NCBI GenBank assembly: GCA_964035575.1
Contig: OZ037840.1
Coordinates: 310,001-374,000, forward strand
Source: Rhynchopus sp. YZ270_cl-10
Lineage: Eukaryota
Length of the DNA: 64,000 nt
Direction: 5' to 3'
Shown: piece by piece, positions 36,642 through 48,421 of the stretch
Position numbering within the stretch: position 1 is the stretch's first letter
Layout: each line of letters opens with the position of its first letter
Program-made: the position numbers and the translations under genes
Notes under the pieces: generated by a model
What the model was told of the DNA's origin: nothing
What the model saw: only the letters and a program-made list of their open reading frames with translations
Database searches by the model: none

Positions 36642-38266
36642 TATAATTTTTCGCTTTTTTTCCCAAATTTCCACTTTGCCTTTGCCACTATTTTTTTGTT
36701 TGACTTGGAACCGGGACCCCCCTGGAACCCCCTCCAGAAGGGGGTACAGAACACCCTCAAAAAAAAAAAATCCCAAAATTCGGGCTAAATTGGAGGGGTG
36801 TTGGGAGGTGTTGGGAGGTGTTGGGAGGCGTTGGGAGGCGTTGGGAGGGTTTGCCGTTTTTTGCAAATCAGGTGGTTTAACTAGTCAAAAAAAAAATAAT
36901 TTTTCCCTCACCTATTTTGCCCTCTTTTAGGCTATTTCCTAACGCTGGGGCGTTTTGTTGCATTTCTGAGCCAATCCCGGCTTGTGGTGGGGTGAATACG
37001 GAAAAATGGACAAAATTTTAGTGACTTAAATTTTCGCAAAATATGAACCCATACTCGTAAACAAGGGTCATTTTCAGGAAAATTCGGAAAATTCCGACAT
37101 TTGGAAGCAATTTTTTCCCCTGAAAAAACAGTGGGTTTTCAGCCCCAAAACATACCGCGATTGGAATTTCCGGAATCCGTCCGCACTGTGGTGAGGTCAC
37201 TTGCCGAAATGGCCAAATTCTTGGTTTTGGTCAAAATCCATGTAGGGTAAAGAGGGCCAAGGTAAATCCCACAACCAGATTTCCTCTCCCTAATCCTTAA
37301 CTCCTGACGTCTTGAAACATGAAAATGCGCGAAAACACCGGCATTTGCATTTTCGGAATCCGTCCGTTCTGTGGTGGGGTCAATTTGCCGAAATGGACAA
37401 GTCCTTGGTTTTGGTCAAAACCCGTCAGTGTAAGGTAAAGGGGGCAAGTGTTTGCCTGTAGAAACTGGAAGGGAACAGGCAGCGCCGCAGGCGCACGGTA
37501 CCCAACTTTTTTTATTCTTGTACCTTTTCTCCACTTTCTTTTGATTGCACGAGCCGATTGCTCTCCACGGTGGGGTCACATGTGTGTCCAAAAACACTCT
37601 AAGGTACTATTATTCTGAAATATGAGATTCAATGGTTTCTTAAGGAAATCTTCATAACGTGAGATCTCTGAAAATCCTCGAAAACGAACCCCGCCGGAGG
37701 CGGATTTTTTTTTATACACGTGTGCGCAAAAATGCTTATTTCTTGCTTATTTCGCACATTTGGGAGCACGGGACCCCAACATTTTTTTTTTCTGGTCACT
37801 TTTTCCCAGACAGAAGTGCCCTACCTACCTTCCCCCTTAGGGCCCTCCGAGACTTTGTCCGTCCTGACTTCAACCTACCAACCATAAAAATTATTTTTTT
37901 TGTAGTTGTGTCCCAATTATTTTTTTTTTTTTGGATTTCCAAAAATCTGTTCGCGCGCAGGACACTAAACAATATTTTTAATTGTGCTACCCTCATATGA
38001 AATCAATAAATTGATAGTATGTGGTGAGGGATCATTGTTCCCATCTTTCTTTTAGAAGTTGAAAAAAAAACACGGCGGTAAAAAGGCCCTTGCCAGAGCT
38101 GCGATGTGGTTGCAGTCGTTTTTTGGTATGGAGGTGATACGTTTTGTGCAGAGACACACAACAGCGTACGGCAAGGTGAAGGAGGTAAGAAGGTAAGGGA
38201 AAAAGGGGGGGCGGAGATAAAGAAAATAAAAATCGTGAGTGAACTTTTGGAGAGTGGAGATTTGCA

Positions 38267-39079
38267 CAAGCATGTCCTTAAATCCGGGAAAAATCAGGAT
38301 TTTTCTGATTTTTAAATCTCAAAATTTTCTTATAGAAAAAAAAATTTTCGCGCTGCGCGCGAAAATTTTTCGCGCACAACAGGAGAAGATATTTATTTGT
38401 TGTTGTAGGCCTGCAGTCGGGGTGGTACATTTTTCTCCCCACCACAGTTGGGTGATCTATGATCGTCTCCGTGGGACACGTAACAGGCTGTGAGAGCTTG
38501 TGAGAGCTTACTGAGAGTTAGTGAGAGTTAGTGAGAGCTAGTGGGAGCTAGTGGGAGCTGTGGGAGCTTACGTATGTACAGTGCCTTATCCAAGAATCAG
38601 ATTTGAAGATTTTTGGGGTCAGTTTGTGTTTCCCCCAAGATGTTTTTCAGTTCTGACCAGCGAAGACATTGGGTACATAGGGAACTGTATTTTCTTTTCC
38701 TTTTGCGGAGCAAAAGGAATAACACAAAATGGCGCCGCAGGCGAAAAAAAAATAGGGTACGGTGTAAAATGTAGCTTTTTACACTACAGAGTCAGTCAAC
38801 GAACCCTTTTTTGCGGAGCAAAAAAGTAATAAATAATGGCGCCGCAGGCAAAAAAAATTAGGGGACAGCCTGGGATTTCACGGTGCGGTCAGTAACTCAG
38901 TTACCCAGGGTACTCCCGTGGTTCAACCACTGTTCTACCAGGAAATTATTCTGACCTCCCTAAAAAAGACACTGCCCCATATCCATATGAAAATTTTTTC
39001 ACCGGCAAAAATAAAATTTTCTTATAAAATTTTCTTATAGAAAATCCTGAATCCTAAATCCGATTTAGAGGACAGCATG
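38267..39079 (+). mobile_element. hAT-type non-autonomous element (CAAGC..GCATG), copy 1
   Basis: Imperfect TIR; perfect 8-bp TSD GATTTGCA; near-identical to 40856-41536 apart from an insertion at 38449-38577. Confidence 0.92.
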
Positions 39080-39585
39080 GATTTGCACAAAAAAAAAAAA
39101 AAACTGTGGCAACACAACCAGAGGAAAACTACACTACTTCAAAAAAATATCAAAAATAAAGAATAAAAAAACGTCTGAATCGTTTGCATTATCTCTCATC
39201 ACAAAGCACTTTACCCTAAGCCACGCCCCTCTTTAGGAAGCCGTGGCTGGAATTTTTCTTTCGCATAAGTGCCATGTCCCCCGGAAAAAAAGGTATAAAA
39301 AAATAAAATAAAAATAAAGACACGCACCTCTGACTGGCCCACAGTACGATGTCAGCCATCCGAATCAAAGCAAAGAGAAAAAAGAAGGGGAAAAAGTCGG
39401 CATGCCACACTTTGGGGTGTTAGGGGTGTGGGTGGAAAACATTCAAAGTGGTCTGGCCGACGCAAATTCACAATAATATCAACAACCTTTTTACTTTCCC
39501 GAACCGGGGTCCTGTAGACCTTCATAGAGCTTCAGGAGCTACGAAAGGCCCCTCCCGGATGCAATTTACGTTACAGCCCAGGACA

Positions 39586-39985
39586 TGGGGGTCCACTGGG
39601 AGACTTTTTCGTTCAGAGAAACCTAGGGTGTTCAGAAGATCCACCTCATCTCTGGTGTCATCATTGTGGTAGGATGTTGATTGGCACTCTGCCCTCACAC
39701 ACGCCGTGAAATGTGTAAAACGTGTAAAACACCTGTGGACAGAAAATATGCCTGCCAGAAAGCGTAAAAAGGCTTGTGGAGCGTGCACCTGGGGGTCCAC
39801 TGGGTGGCTTTGTTGTTAAGGGAAAGCCTGGGGTGTTCAGAAGTCATTCTCATCTCTGGTGTCATCATTGTGGCAGGATGTTGATTGGCACTCTGCCCTC
39901 ACACACGCCGTGAAATGTGTAAAACGTCTCTGTGTGGAGACAGAAAAATATGCACGACAGAAAACGTGAAAGGCGTGGGGGCATA
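39586..39985 (+). repeat. Tandem duplication, unit ~205 bp
   Basis: Two copies of GGGGTCCACTGGG..CATCTCTGGTGTCATCATTGTGG..CACACACGCCGTGAAATGTGTAAAACG. Confidence 0.85.
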
Positions 39986-40395
39986 CACCTAACCCTCTCG
40001 TACTTTGGTTGTCTGAGAAGGAATGGAAAACTTGTACAATGAATAACACAAGAAACAAAAATTGTTTTGAGTATAGACTACTATCACTAGATAGCAATAA
40101 CACAAAAAAAAAAAGAAAGAAAAGTTTATAAGATGACCCTAAGCCCCTCGTGCTTAGTCACCTTTTTTAAAAAAAGCAAAAATAACCACCCATACTTACA
40201 CCAAAAACTGCTTGTTAAAGCCGTTGCGGTGTGTCCACTGAGCAGAACATCCCATTTGAGGTCGGAGCCGAAAATTTCGGGAAAAAATGCGCTGCACCGT
40301 AAGCTCCCCTTATACAAGGGAAAACAAACACGCTGAGACACTTTTTCAAAAACCTCGGGTACCGGTAGTGATTTTAGGATTTGCCCTGGCACTGA

Positions 40396-42221
40396 GGGGG
40401 GTCCGTAAGTTTGTGTATTTGTGTGTAAAATTTCCGGCCCTTTTGGGTGAAAAAAAAAAAGGGTGAGGGGAGTTGGGTCCAGTCATAGGGGGTATAGCAT
40501 ATTTTTTGGAAAATTCTTCAAAAAAGCAAGGATTTTTGCTGAGCACAATGAAATTTTCAGAAAAATCCCAATTTTCGGCCAAATTTGGAGCAAATTAGGC
40601 CCACACACCCCGATTTTGGGTCAAAAACCGATTTCATTTTTGCTCAGGAGTGCCTACGATTCCGCAAACCAGAGGTCCTCTGGATGCATCAGACACAGCA
40701 AAAATCGATATTCATTTTTTGGGCAGAAAAGTGCGTTTTAGGTGCCCACCGATGGTCAAAACATCAATTTTTTTTGTGTTTTTGGCATCTTTGGACACCC
40801 AAGGACCCATTATCGGGGTGATTTCTTTTTGCCTGAGATTTGCCTTTGCCAAAATCAAGCATGTCCTTAAATCCGGGAAAAATCAGGATTTTTCTGATTT
40901 TTAAATCTCAAAATTTTCTTATAGAAAAAAAAAATTTCGCGCTGCGCGCGAAAATTTTTCGCGCACAACAGGAGAAGATATTTTTTGTTGTTGTAGGCCC
41001 GCAGTGCGGGGTGGTCACATTTTTCTCCCCCCACCACAGTGCCTTATCCAAGAATCAGATTTCAATATTTTTGGGGTCAGTTTGTGTTTCCCCCAAGATG
41101 TTTTTCAGTTCTGACCAGCGAAGACATTGGGGACATAGGGAACTGTATTTTCTTTTCCTTTTGCGGAGCAAAAGGAATAACACAAAATGGCGCCGCAGGC
41201 GAAAAAATAATAGGGTACGGTGTAAAATGTAGCTTTTTACACTACAGAGTCAGTCAACGAACCCTTTTTTGCGGAGCAAAAAAGTAATAAATAATGGCGC
41301 CGCAGGCAAAAAAAATTGGGGGACAGCCTGGGATTTCACGGTGCGGTCAGTAACTCAGTTACCCAGGGCACTCCCGTGGTTCAACCACTGTTCTACCAGG
41401 AAATTATTCCGACCTCCCTAAAAAAGACACTGCCAAATTCCATATGAAAATTTTCTCACCGGCAAATATAAAATTTTCTTATAAAATTTTCTTATAGAAA
41501 ATCCTGAATCCTAAATCCGATTTAGAGGACAGCATGGCCAAAATCGAAAAAAAAAAAAAAAATTGTGGCGGAATTTGCTAAGGAAAAGCCGAAATTGTGG
41601 GCCCTGTAGTAATGCATAAGGTGCATAATGCATATGGTTTACCCCCAGATCGTCAAAACACCCGATTTTTGCGTTTTTTGCACTTTTTGGTGCCCAAAAA
41701 CCCAACTCAGGGGTCGAAATTTTCCCGAAAAAAAAAATTTTTTTTTTGAGATTTTTCGATTTTTTGACAAGGCGCTGGCCCATACAAAGTGCACTGGTGG
41801 TGCAGAAAATGGCTGGGGAATAAACTCTAGATGCTCAAAACAGCTCAATTCTTGCTTTTTTTTGACTTTTTGGTCCCAGGAGGGTGCCTAGGGTGTAGTG
41901 AGCAGGCCTCAAAAACACTTGTGAAAAAAAAATTTTGGGATTTTTTTTTTTTGAGATTTTTGAAAAATCGGCCGATTTTGCGACCAATTTTGGCTGGGGA
42001 ATTTCGACGACCAAAGGGTCCCCCCTTTGGTTTTTTCCAAAAAATCGGGTATTTTTTGTGTGTACAATTGTACACCCGGTCTGCCGGTCTTTTTCGAGGG
42101 TGGGTAGGACCGGCCCTTATAGCCGGTAATCCTTAAGAGCCGGTCTTTTTACGGACCCTAAAGACCGGCTATACACACTAATTACGTGTCTGGTCGTTGC
42201 CGGTCTATTTACGGATCCCCC
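40396..42221. mobile_element. Harbinger-type non-autonomous element
   Basis: TIR GGGGG(G/A)TCCGTAA; 3-bp TSD TGA; contains the hAT copy 40856-41536; 41650-41830 resembles 18040-18210. Confidence 0.7.
40856..41536 (+). mobile_element. hAT-type non-autonomous element (CAAGC..GCATG), copy 2
   Basis: Perfect 8-bp TSD GCCAAAAT. Confidence 0.92.
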
Positions 42222-42994
42222 TGAGTGAAGCCTTTTTTTTTTTTTCCTTTTTGAAAGCTTCAAGGGTTGAGCAATAACAGAAAATCACTAAAAACACACG
42301 CAAAAAAAAAAAAAGGGTTGAGCTAAATTTTTGGACAGTAGGGTGGAGATGTTTCTTGGTCGGTGGTAACCTTTTTTTTTTCTTTTGTTTGATTATAACT
42401 CAGGGACTCTTTAGGCTTTGAGGTTGTCGCTAAAACTCGGTCAACACTCGGGCGAGCCCGCGCTTCGCGCACCCGGGTCCCCAACCCAAACTAACTCGGT
42501 GCATTTATATTGATGGCAAAGACAGTGTGCCTCCCCTACCACAACACCAGTTAAACATCGCAACCACAATGCAAGAGATCCGAACGTAGATTACACCAGA
42601 CGTTAGTGATGGCAGGGCGCCATCCAGTCATAGGGTGTAAACACTGCTTGATTGTTCGTCAAATGTTACGAGGTGCTGGCATCTGTCCAGTGTCCAGCGC
42701 ACAAAGGCATGCTATGTTATACCTACCAAGAAACAAAGTTTATCCACCCTAAAAATTGAACACCACACTCCTACTGTTCCTTTTTGTGTTTCCCTACCCC
42801 CCCAAGCAATAAAGACAAAAGGGAGAGGTTGTGGCGAAACGCCACACTTCAACCGCTCGGGGGGGTCGCGCTCCACAAATAGAAAGTGTGGGAGCGGGGT
42901 GTTCAATTTCCCTTAAGCATCATGTAATCATACAAAAAAAAAATCACAACAATAACCCCTTCCTTGCCATATGCTTGCTCCCGACCTCAGAAGA

Positions 42995-45223
42995 TCAGTC
43001 TTCGCATGAACCCAGCTCCTCTAGCACTCTGTAGATGCCGTGTCGCGTTGAGTCGGGCATGAGAAGAAGCTCGATAGCTTGTGGCAGTGCCACGCCCACA
43101 GACGGATCAAGCAGACAACGTTCACCTGAACGTGTCGCCTCGTCGCACAGTGTGCGGCACTGACGTACAGCGTTGCCCATCACCGTCACAAAGCGCTGCT
43201 GCCGTGCACCCACATCCCCGTAATGCACAGTGCCACTCACAAGCCCAGCCCCACACAGCGTACTCCTCGACAGGCGTTGTGCAAACCGGATTGCGTTCTC
43301 CATGTGCGAAGGTGTGTTGCGTGTCAGGTTCCACCCGGCACAGATAGAGTTCCCAAGCAGCGTCACCAGCACGCCACCGCTCTGGTCCAGTGCAATCGTT
43401 AGTGTGGAGAGCGCTGCGCTCAGGTCCTCCAGTGCGGTGCCGTTGCCGTAGTTTTCTACTGCGAGTTCGACGGTGCCGACTGTTGCAGGCACTTCTGCTG
43501 GGATGGGGGTCGAGATTGGGAGGTTGCTGAGTCGGCGGGTGTTGGAGTTGGCGCTCTCGATGCTGCGATCGATGCTGCGGTCTAAGCTGCGTTCCTGGCT
43601 GCGCTCCATGCTGGTGTTGTCGAACGTCTTCGCGTCCGACTGCACTGACGTAGCACGTAACGGGTGACGCCGCCTGCCTGACAGCATCAGAGGCCACATG
43701 TTCGAGATGAGCATGCTCTCAGACACACCTTTCATGTCCACTGCCTGCGCATCACTGACAATGGCATTGCACATCACACACGCTGAATTCGCCAGTTCAG
43801 AAGGCACTGCCACAGCCCCAGGTTTGCACGCACTTTCAAGACGTGACGCAACGTTCACCGTGTGTCCGAAGTAGTCTGTCCGTCCCGTCAGTGTGTTAAC
43901 CTCGACAGTAACTTCGCCAGTGTTGACACCAATGCGTACAGTCAGTCCACCCCAAACTTGGCTTCGGACAGCACAGATCGGCACTACCTCCAGCAACGAT
44001 GTCGGCCAGGTTGCGTCGAAAAGACCCTGCTGCACCTGCAGTCCAAAGTTCACACCGTCAGTTGTTGTTGCGAAGGCAACCATGAAGGCGTCGCCGATTG
44101 TTTTCACTTCGTACCCACCCAACGGGTACATCGCCTCGCGGATAACGTTGTTGTGTATCTTCAGCCCAGCCCGCATCCCTTCTGGCGCACCCTCCCAGAT
44201 CGACGTCGAGCTGCAGATGTCTGTAAAGACGATCGTTGCAATGTCATTCTCGAGTTTTGGGGGAGGGACCAGCGAACACCTCTGCCTGACGTCGTCCTCC
44301 ATATCCTCAAACAGCGCTGCAGGGAGGTAGGGACGGTACTTCCGCAGGTTCTCCTCCATCTTGTGCAACGTGTTGTGCATCGCCTCTGGGAGCACTGTTT
44401 TCGGCGAGGCCAGCAGCTCCGACACACCCTCCACGTCGTACCCTGCAAGCAACTCTGCAATCGTCTGCACAGTGTTGATCGTCCGCTCCATCGACTCTTG
44501 CTCCTTCAGAATGTCACGTGCAAACCCTCTCGTTGCGATGAAGTCGATCAGGAATACTGCCACCGAGGACACCAACATACCACTGTCCCTGGCACAGGGA
44601 AGCTCCGTGCACTCACCTTGCTTACGGTGTAGCTCCCATCTCCCCTGAACACCGTGTTGCGGGAGCAACCCGGGAAGGTCGAATAGGCCAACGCGAAACA
44701 TTTCTTCCGACGCTACAGCACACAGCCACACTGTGACGCCAGCAACGAACACCACTGTGTAGTGCGTCGGCGCCTCCATCACAAGCAGGAGGTCGACTAT
44801 GAGCACTAAGGGTGCCCACATTGTTTCCCCCTTCACACGATAGGTCAGATCTGACAGGAATATGGACACCCCGTAGCCGTACGCACACAAAGCGACCACC
44901 CCGGGTGTCATATTACTCTTCGAGACCACAGCCAACACCCCGAACAGTGAGGCCAGGGCTACCACACCGTACGCTACTCCGAACATAGGCTCTAATAGGA
45001 AGACTTCGATATTCGCTGGTAGAGACGCAATCGTTGCCATAAAGGCGACAATGTTGAAGAAGCAGAACAGGCCACGTTTCCGCTCCTTCCTCTTGCCCAG
45101 TGTGCCGTCCATGGACAATACGGATTTGACCCAACGCTTTATCTTGCCCACCATCGTCACATTTTCCGTTACGGGATCTAGCGCATCCAGGGCATCTAGG
45201 GTATGGATTTCTAGGGTATCCAT
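42995..45223 (-). CDS. Membrane adenylate cyclase (class III), intact plus degenerate domain, 742 aa
   Basis: Paralog of 30663-32777 with the same catalytic motifs (VFTDI, KTIGD, TDYFGHTVNVASRLE). Confidence 0.93.
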   Translation of the reverse strand: MDTLEIHTLDALDALDPVTENVTMVGKIKRWVKSVLSMDGTLGKRKERKRGLFCFFNIVAFMATIASLPANIEVFLLEPMFGVAYGVVALASLFGVLAVVSKSNMTPGVVALCAYGYGVSIFLSDLTYRVKGETMWAPLVLIVDLLLVMEAPTHYTVVFVAGVTVWLCAVASEEMFRVGLFDLPGLLPQHGVQGRWELHRKQGECTELPCARDSGMLVSSVAVFLIDFIATRGFARDILKEQESMERTINTVQTIAELLAGYDVEGVSELLASPKTVLPEAMHNTLHKMEENLRKYRPYLPAALFEDMEDDVRQRCSLVPPPKLENDIATIVFTDICSSTSIWEGAPEGMRAGLKIHNNVIREAMYPLGGYEVKTIGDAFMVAFATTTDGVNFGLQVQQGLFDATWPTSLLEVVPICAVRSQVWGGLTVRIGVNTGEVTVEVNTLTGRTDYFGHTVNVASRLESACKPGAVAVPSELANSACVMCNAIVSDAQAVDMKGVSESMLISNMWPLMLSGRRRHPLRATSVQSDAKTFDNTSMERSQERSLDRSIDRSIESANSNTRRLSNLPISTPIPAEVPATVGTVELAVENYGNGTALEDLSAALSTLTIALDQSGGVLVTLLGNSICAGWNLTRNTPSHMENAIRFAQRLSRSTLCGAGLVSGTVHYGDVGARQQRFVTVMGNAVRQCRTLCDEATRSGERCLLDPSVGVALPQAIELLLMPDSTRHGIYRVLEELGSCED

Positions 45224-45799
45224 TTGGCCAGCAGAACCTGGGGGTGTGAGTGAGTGTGTTGTTTATGTGGGAAGAAGGACAAACAGACATAAGTGGACAG
45301 CATGCCCAGGGGGAACCTAGACCAATGACAACGTTTATAGCGTAAATGTCCTTAGCAGGCACTGTGCTGATGGGCGTCAAAAACCGTGATTTTGGGGTAT
45401 TTCTGAGACGGTACGCTGCACCCAGGGACACTTTTTGAAAAACGACTTCGCAATGGACTTCGGGAGCCAGAGAGTGCATATGTACCAAAATGGATTCACG
45501 GGGAAAGTCAAAATTGGGTTGTCCCAGACATGATGCCACAAGTCACAAATTTCAAAAGTTGAGATTTTTCGAAAATCAGGGCTCAGCACACTATACCCAT
45601 CGTGGGAGCCAAAATCTCCAACCTTTTGAAGAGAAAAAAAAACGGTCGGTACATAGCCCTAACGTATCAAAATGAGTTCATTCCGTGATCGGACGCCCTC
45701 CGGAGATGAGTGGACGCTTATTTACAGAAAAATAAAAGTCAAACCACAGGTCAAATCGCACCTGCCACAGGTACGGAGCCGAAAAACCCGGGGGTACAC

Positions 45800-46065
45800 C
45801 CAATATCCCCAATACCAAAGGCTGTTGCGACCCTGCCGAGTCCTCTGTCAAATACGCTACTTTTGCAACCGCAGGAAGAAGGCAATGCCTCACGCTACAC
45901 AAACCACTAGTCGATACCGTTGAGAATTCAGAACACAACACCCTGCCCCGTAGACGTTATGCTTCCGGAGCCACGTCTATTACAACGCCACACCACAAAA
46001 AAATTCTGGTCGCATTCATTCCGAACAGGGTAGAGGGTGCAGATAGAGGGTAAATGGTGAAATGG
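45800..46065 (+). pseudogene. Possible decayed tyrosine-recombinase remnant
   Basis: Motifs in order LLRP(AE via frameshift), PCPV, SHSFRTG, EGKW with stops and shortened spacing. Confidence 0.3.
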
Positions 46066-46579
46066 GAGATAGAATTCTTCAACGCTTTCACAAACCACAT
46101 CACACACAGCTGTCCCCAAATACAATAGACATGCATATTTCGAGGTCCAAATTATCTCAAAAACAGTAACGCGAACATCATCGCCATTTCTAAAACCGAA
46201 CACAAGTTTCAAGTGTGAACCTGCCAACTCCTCCTGCACGTAAGCACTGAAGGGGTACTCAAATCTTCCAAAACTAACAACGCACATTGCATGTAAATGC
46301 CACCTGTGCAAAATAATTTGACATGAAACACAAAGCCCTCTCATGAACAGTGTGCCTTGGTACGTGACCGGTGTACCAGGTTAGTGACCACAACCACGCA
46401 GTCCGACATCCATTCGTGGTTGACATCTGATGTGCCGCACTCCCGCTTCCTAACCCTGAACCTTGTCATCATACACAGGAAACCACCTGACTAGACCTTG
46501 GCCACGTCATCATACACAGGAAGGTGCAAGGGGATATGCGTGGCGTAATATGTACGCATCCAGTATGTCAAATGCCATG

Positions 46580-48421
46580 TCACCGGGGGGAAAAGGTCAC
46601 TTGCATGGAAGCTGGTATTCTATCCCTCGTCAACGTGTGCCGCAGGTTGTCGGGTGCCTCAGAAGGAACCACACGCACAGGAACGTTCATGCTGCTCACG
46701 TGTGCAGCATCCGTCACTGCAGAAGCAGTCACCTCGTTCTTCAAGTATCTGCGCACTGCTATGTTGTACGACTCCCACGGCTTGTCACCACCGATCATGT
46801 ACATCCACTCATCGCTTGACACTGTGGCGCAAGGCTCCTCAGGAACAAGCAACTCAGCAACAACATCACCTTCGCCATCAGCCGACACCTCCACCCTGCA
46901 GGGAACCAAACGCAGGTCGTGTTCGCACTCAGCATCGCTGAAGCAGATGCGGTTGCACAGCACGTCACAGCCAAACACACGTCCTGCACGTTCAATGAGG
47001 TGCACGTCACGCACAAGCGCACCCACCATGCTGAAGCGGCGCATCACTTCACACCCCATGTCACCACGCAGCAGCTTCCCAGTAGCTATCCCGACGTTGA
47101 AGTGTGCAGACAAGTCATTGCTGCTTGTCCGAAACAGCATTGTTGCTGCATGCAGTGCTGAGGTGGCGTGGTTTGCACACCTCCGTGAGACGTTGAACGA
47201 GCAGTGGATCCTGTCCCCCACAAAGACGTCCACCATCCCGTGCCTTGCTGCTGTTGCATCCAGTGTGTGCGAAAGAACTGCTGTGAAGAGCTCAGAGAAG
47301 CGTGCGTGGTCCTCTACCACAATACGCAACGTGTCTTTGATGTTCACTGTCAACAGTGTTGCTTCTGCTGAGGCAAGACCCAGCACACGCAAGACTGTAT
47401 CATTTGGCTTCACAAAGCTGCAAACGCTGGAGCTGTTTGCAGTGTCGCTACTTTCCCTCGTCAGCGACAGAGCTTCACTTTGCTGACAGCTGTCCTCATC
47501 CTCCGCAAACGGCAGACACGTCTTCGGGAGGTACGCCTTGTACACACGCAGGTTCTGCTCCAACCTCCGCAGTGCCGTCGTCATCCCCTCAGGCAGCTCG
47601 TGTTCATGTGTTGCCAACAGCTCCGCCACCTGCTCCACCTCGTACCCCGCAAGCAGCGAGGCGATCTCCTGCACAGTGTTGATCGTCCGCTCCATTGTTG
47701 CCTGCTCCTTCAGAACGTCACGTGCAAAGCCTCGTGTTGCGATGAAGTCAAAAACGAAGACGGATGCTGCAAGCAAAAATGATCGGACACTTTCTCCAAG
47801 CTTTATTTTGCATGGCGGGGATGTGCAGGAGGTCATACGTTCCAAAAGGTATCTCCTGCCCCGTTCACCCTCCTGCGGCACCAGCCCAGGTAAGTCAAGG
47901 AGTCCAAACCTGAGGGTCTCCTCAGCCACTATGATCACAAGGTAGCACAACGTGCACAGCACGAGAAGTGAGACGAAGCGCTCCTGCACCTGCATCACAA
48001 GCAGGAAGTCCACGGTGAGCACAAGCATCGGCCACGTTGTACCTGAGGTACTTCGTGCCGACAGGTCCAGCGCTAGTATCGCTACCGAAAACGTCCCACA
48101 AGCTATCATCACCAGTCTCTCTGTCAGCGGACCCTTGCACAGAATATATATAACCAGACACAAGCTTATGAAGAACTGCACAAGTAAAGAAGACACCGCC
48201 ACGACACACGCAGACAGGTTCATGTCCACATAGCTGAGCAAGGCAATGCCGCTGAACACTGTACTTGCCGACACAAAGAGCAGGAACAATGTCCGCTTCT
48301 TGCGCTGCTTTTTGTCCAGTGTCCCATCCAGCGACAGCACACCTTCGAGCCACCCCATCTGTGTTGTGTAAAACAATGTGTCCTGCATATAACGTGGTGT
48401 GTTCACTAGTTTTGCCAACAT
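46580..48421 (-). CDS. Membrane cyclase-like protein with a single degenerate class III domain, up to 613 aa
   Basis: Shares TM region and FDFIATRGFARDVLKEQ..MERTINTVQ..Y(K/R).YLP linker with the two cyclases; domain TVNIKD..FVGDRI..NVGIATG..GALVRDVHLIE lacks the first Asp and the NxxxR pair; true start may be a downstream Met. Confidence 0.88.
   Translation of the reverse strand: MLAKLVNTPRYMQDTLFYTTQMGWLEGVLSLDGTLDKKQRKKRTLFLLFVSASTVFSGIALLSYVDMNLSACVVAVSSLLVQFFISLCLVIYILCKGPLTERLVMIACGTFSVAILALDLSARSTSGTTWPMLVLTVDFLLVMQVQERFVSLLVLCTLCYLVIIVAEETLRFGLLDLPGLVPQEGERGRRYLLERMTSCTSPPCKIKLGESVRSFLLAASVFVFDFIATRGFARDVLKEQATMERTINTVQEIASLLAGYEVEQVAELLATHEHELPEGMTTALRRLEQNLRVYKAYLPKTCLPFAEDEDSCQQSEALSLTRESSDTANSSSVCSFVKPNDTVLRVLGLASAEATLLTVNIKDTLRIVVEDHARFSELFTAVLSHTLDATAARHGMVDVFVGDRIHCSFNVSRRCANHATSALHAATMLFRTSSNDLSAHFNVGIATGKLLRGDMGCEVMRRFSMVGALVRDVHLIERAGRVFGCDVLCNRICFSDAECEHDLRLVPCRVEVSADGEGDVVAELLVPEEPCATVSSDEWMYMIGGDKPWESYNIAVRRYLKNEVTASAVTDAAHVSSMNVPVRVVPSEAPDNLRHTLTRDRIPASMQVTFSPR

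Larger units (their letters stand above)
34661..37992. mobile_element. Harbinger-type non-autonomous element with nested insertions
   Basis: TIR GGGTAGCACAATTAAAAA..TTGTTTAGTGTCC at both ends; 3-bp TSD TCA. Confidence 0.85.

Noticed and set aside
46524..47486. 320-aa plus-strand ORF and similar ORFs opposite the cyclases
   Set aside because: Antisense to well-supported genes, no recognisable motifs
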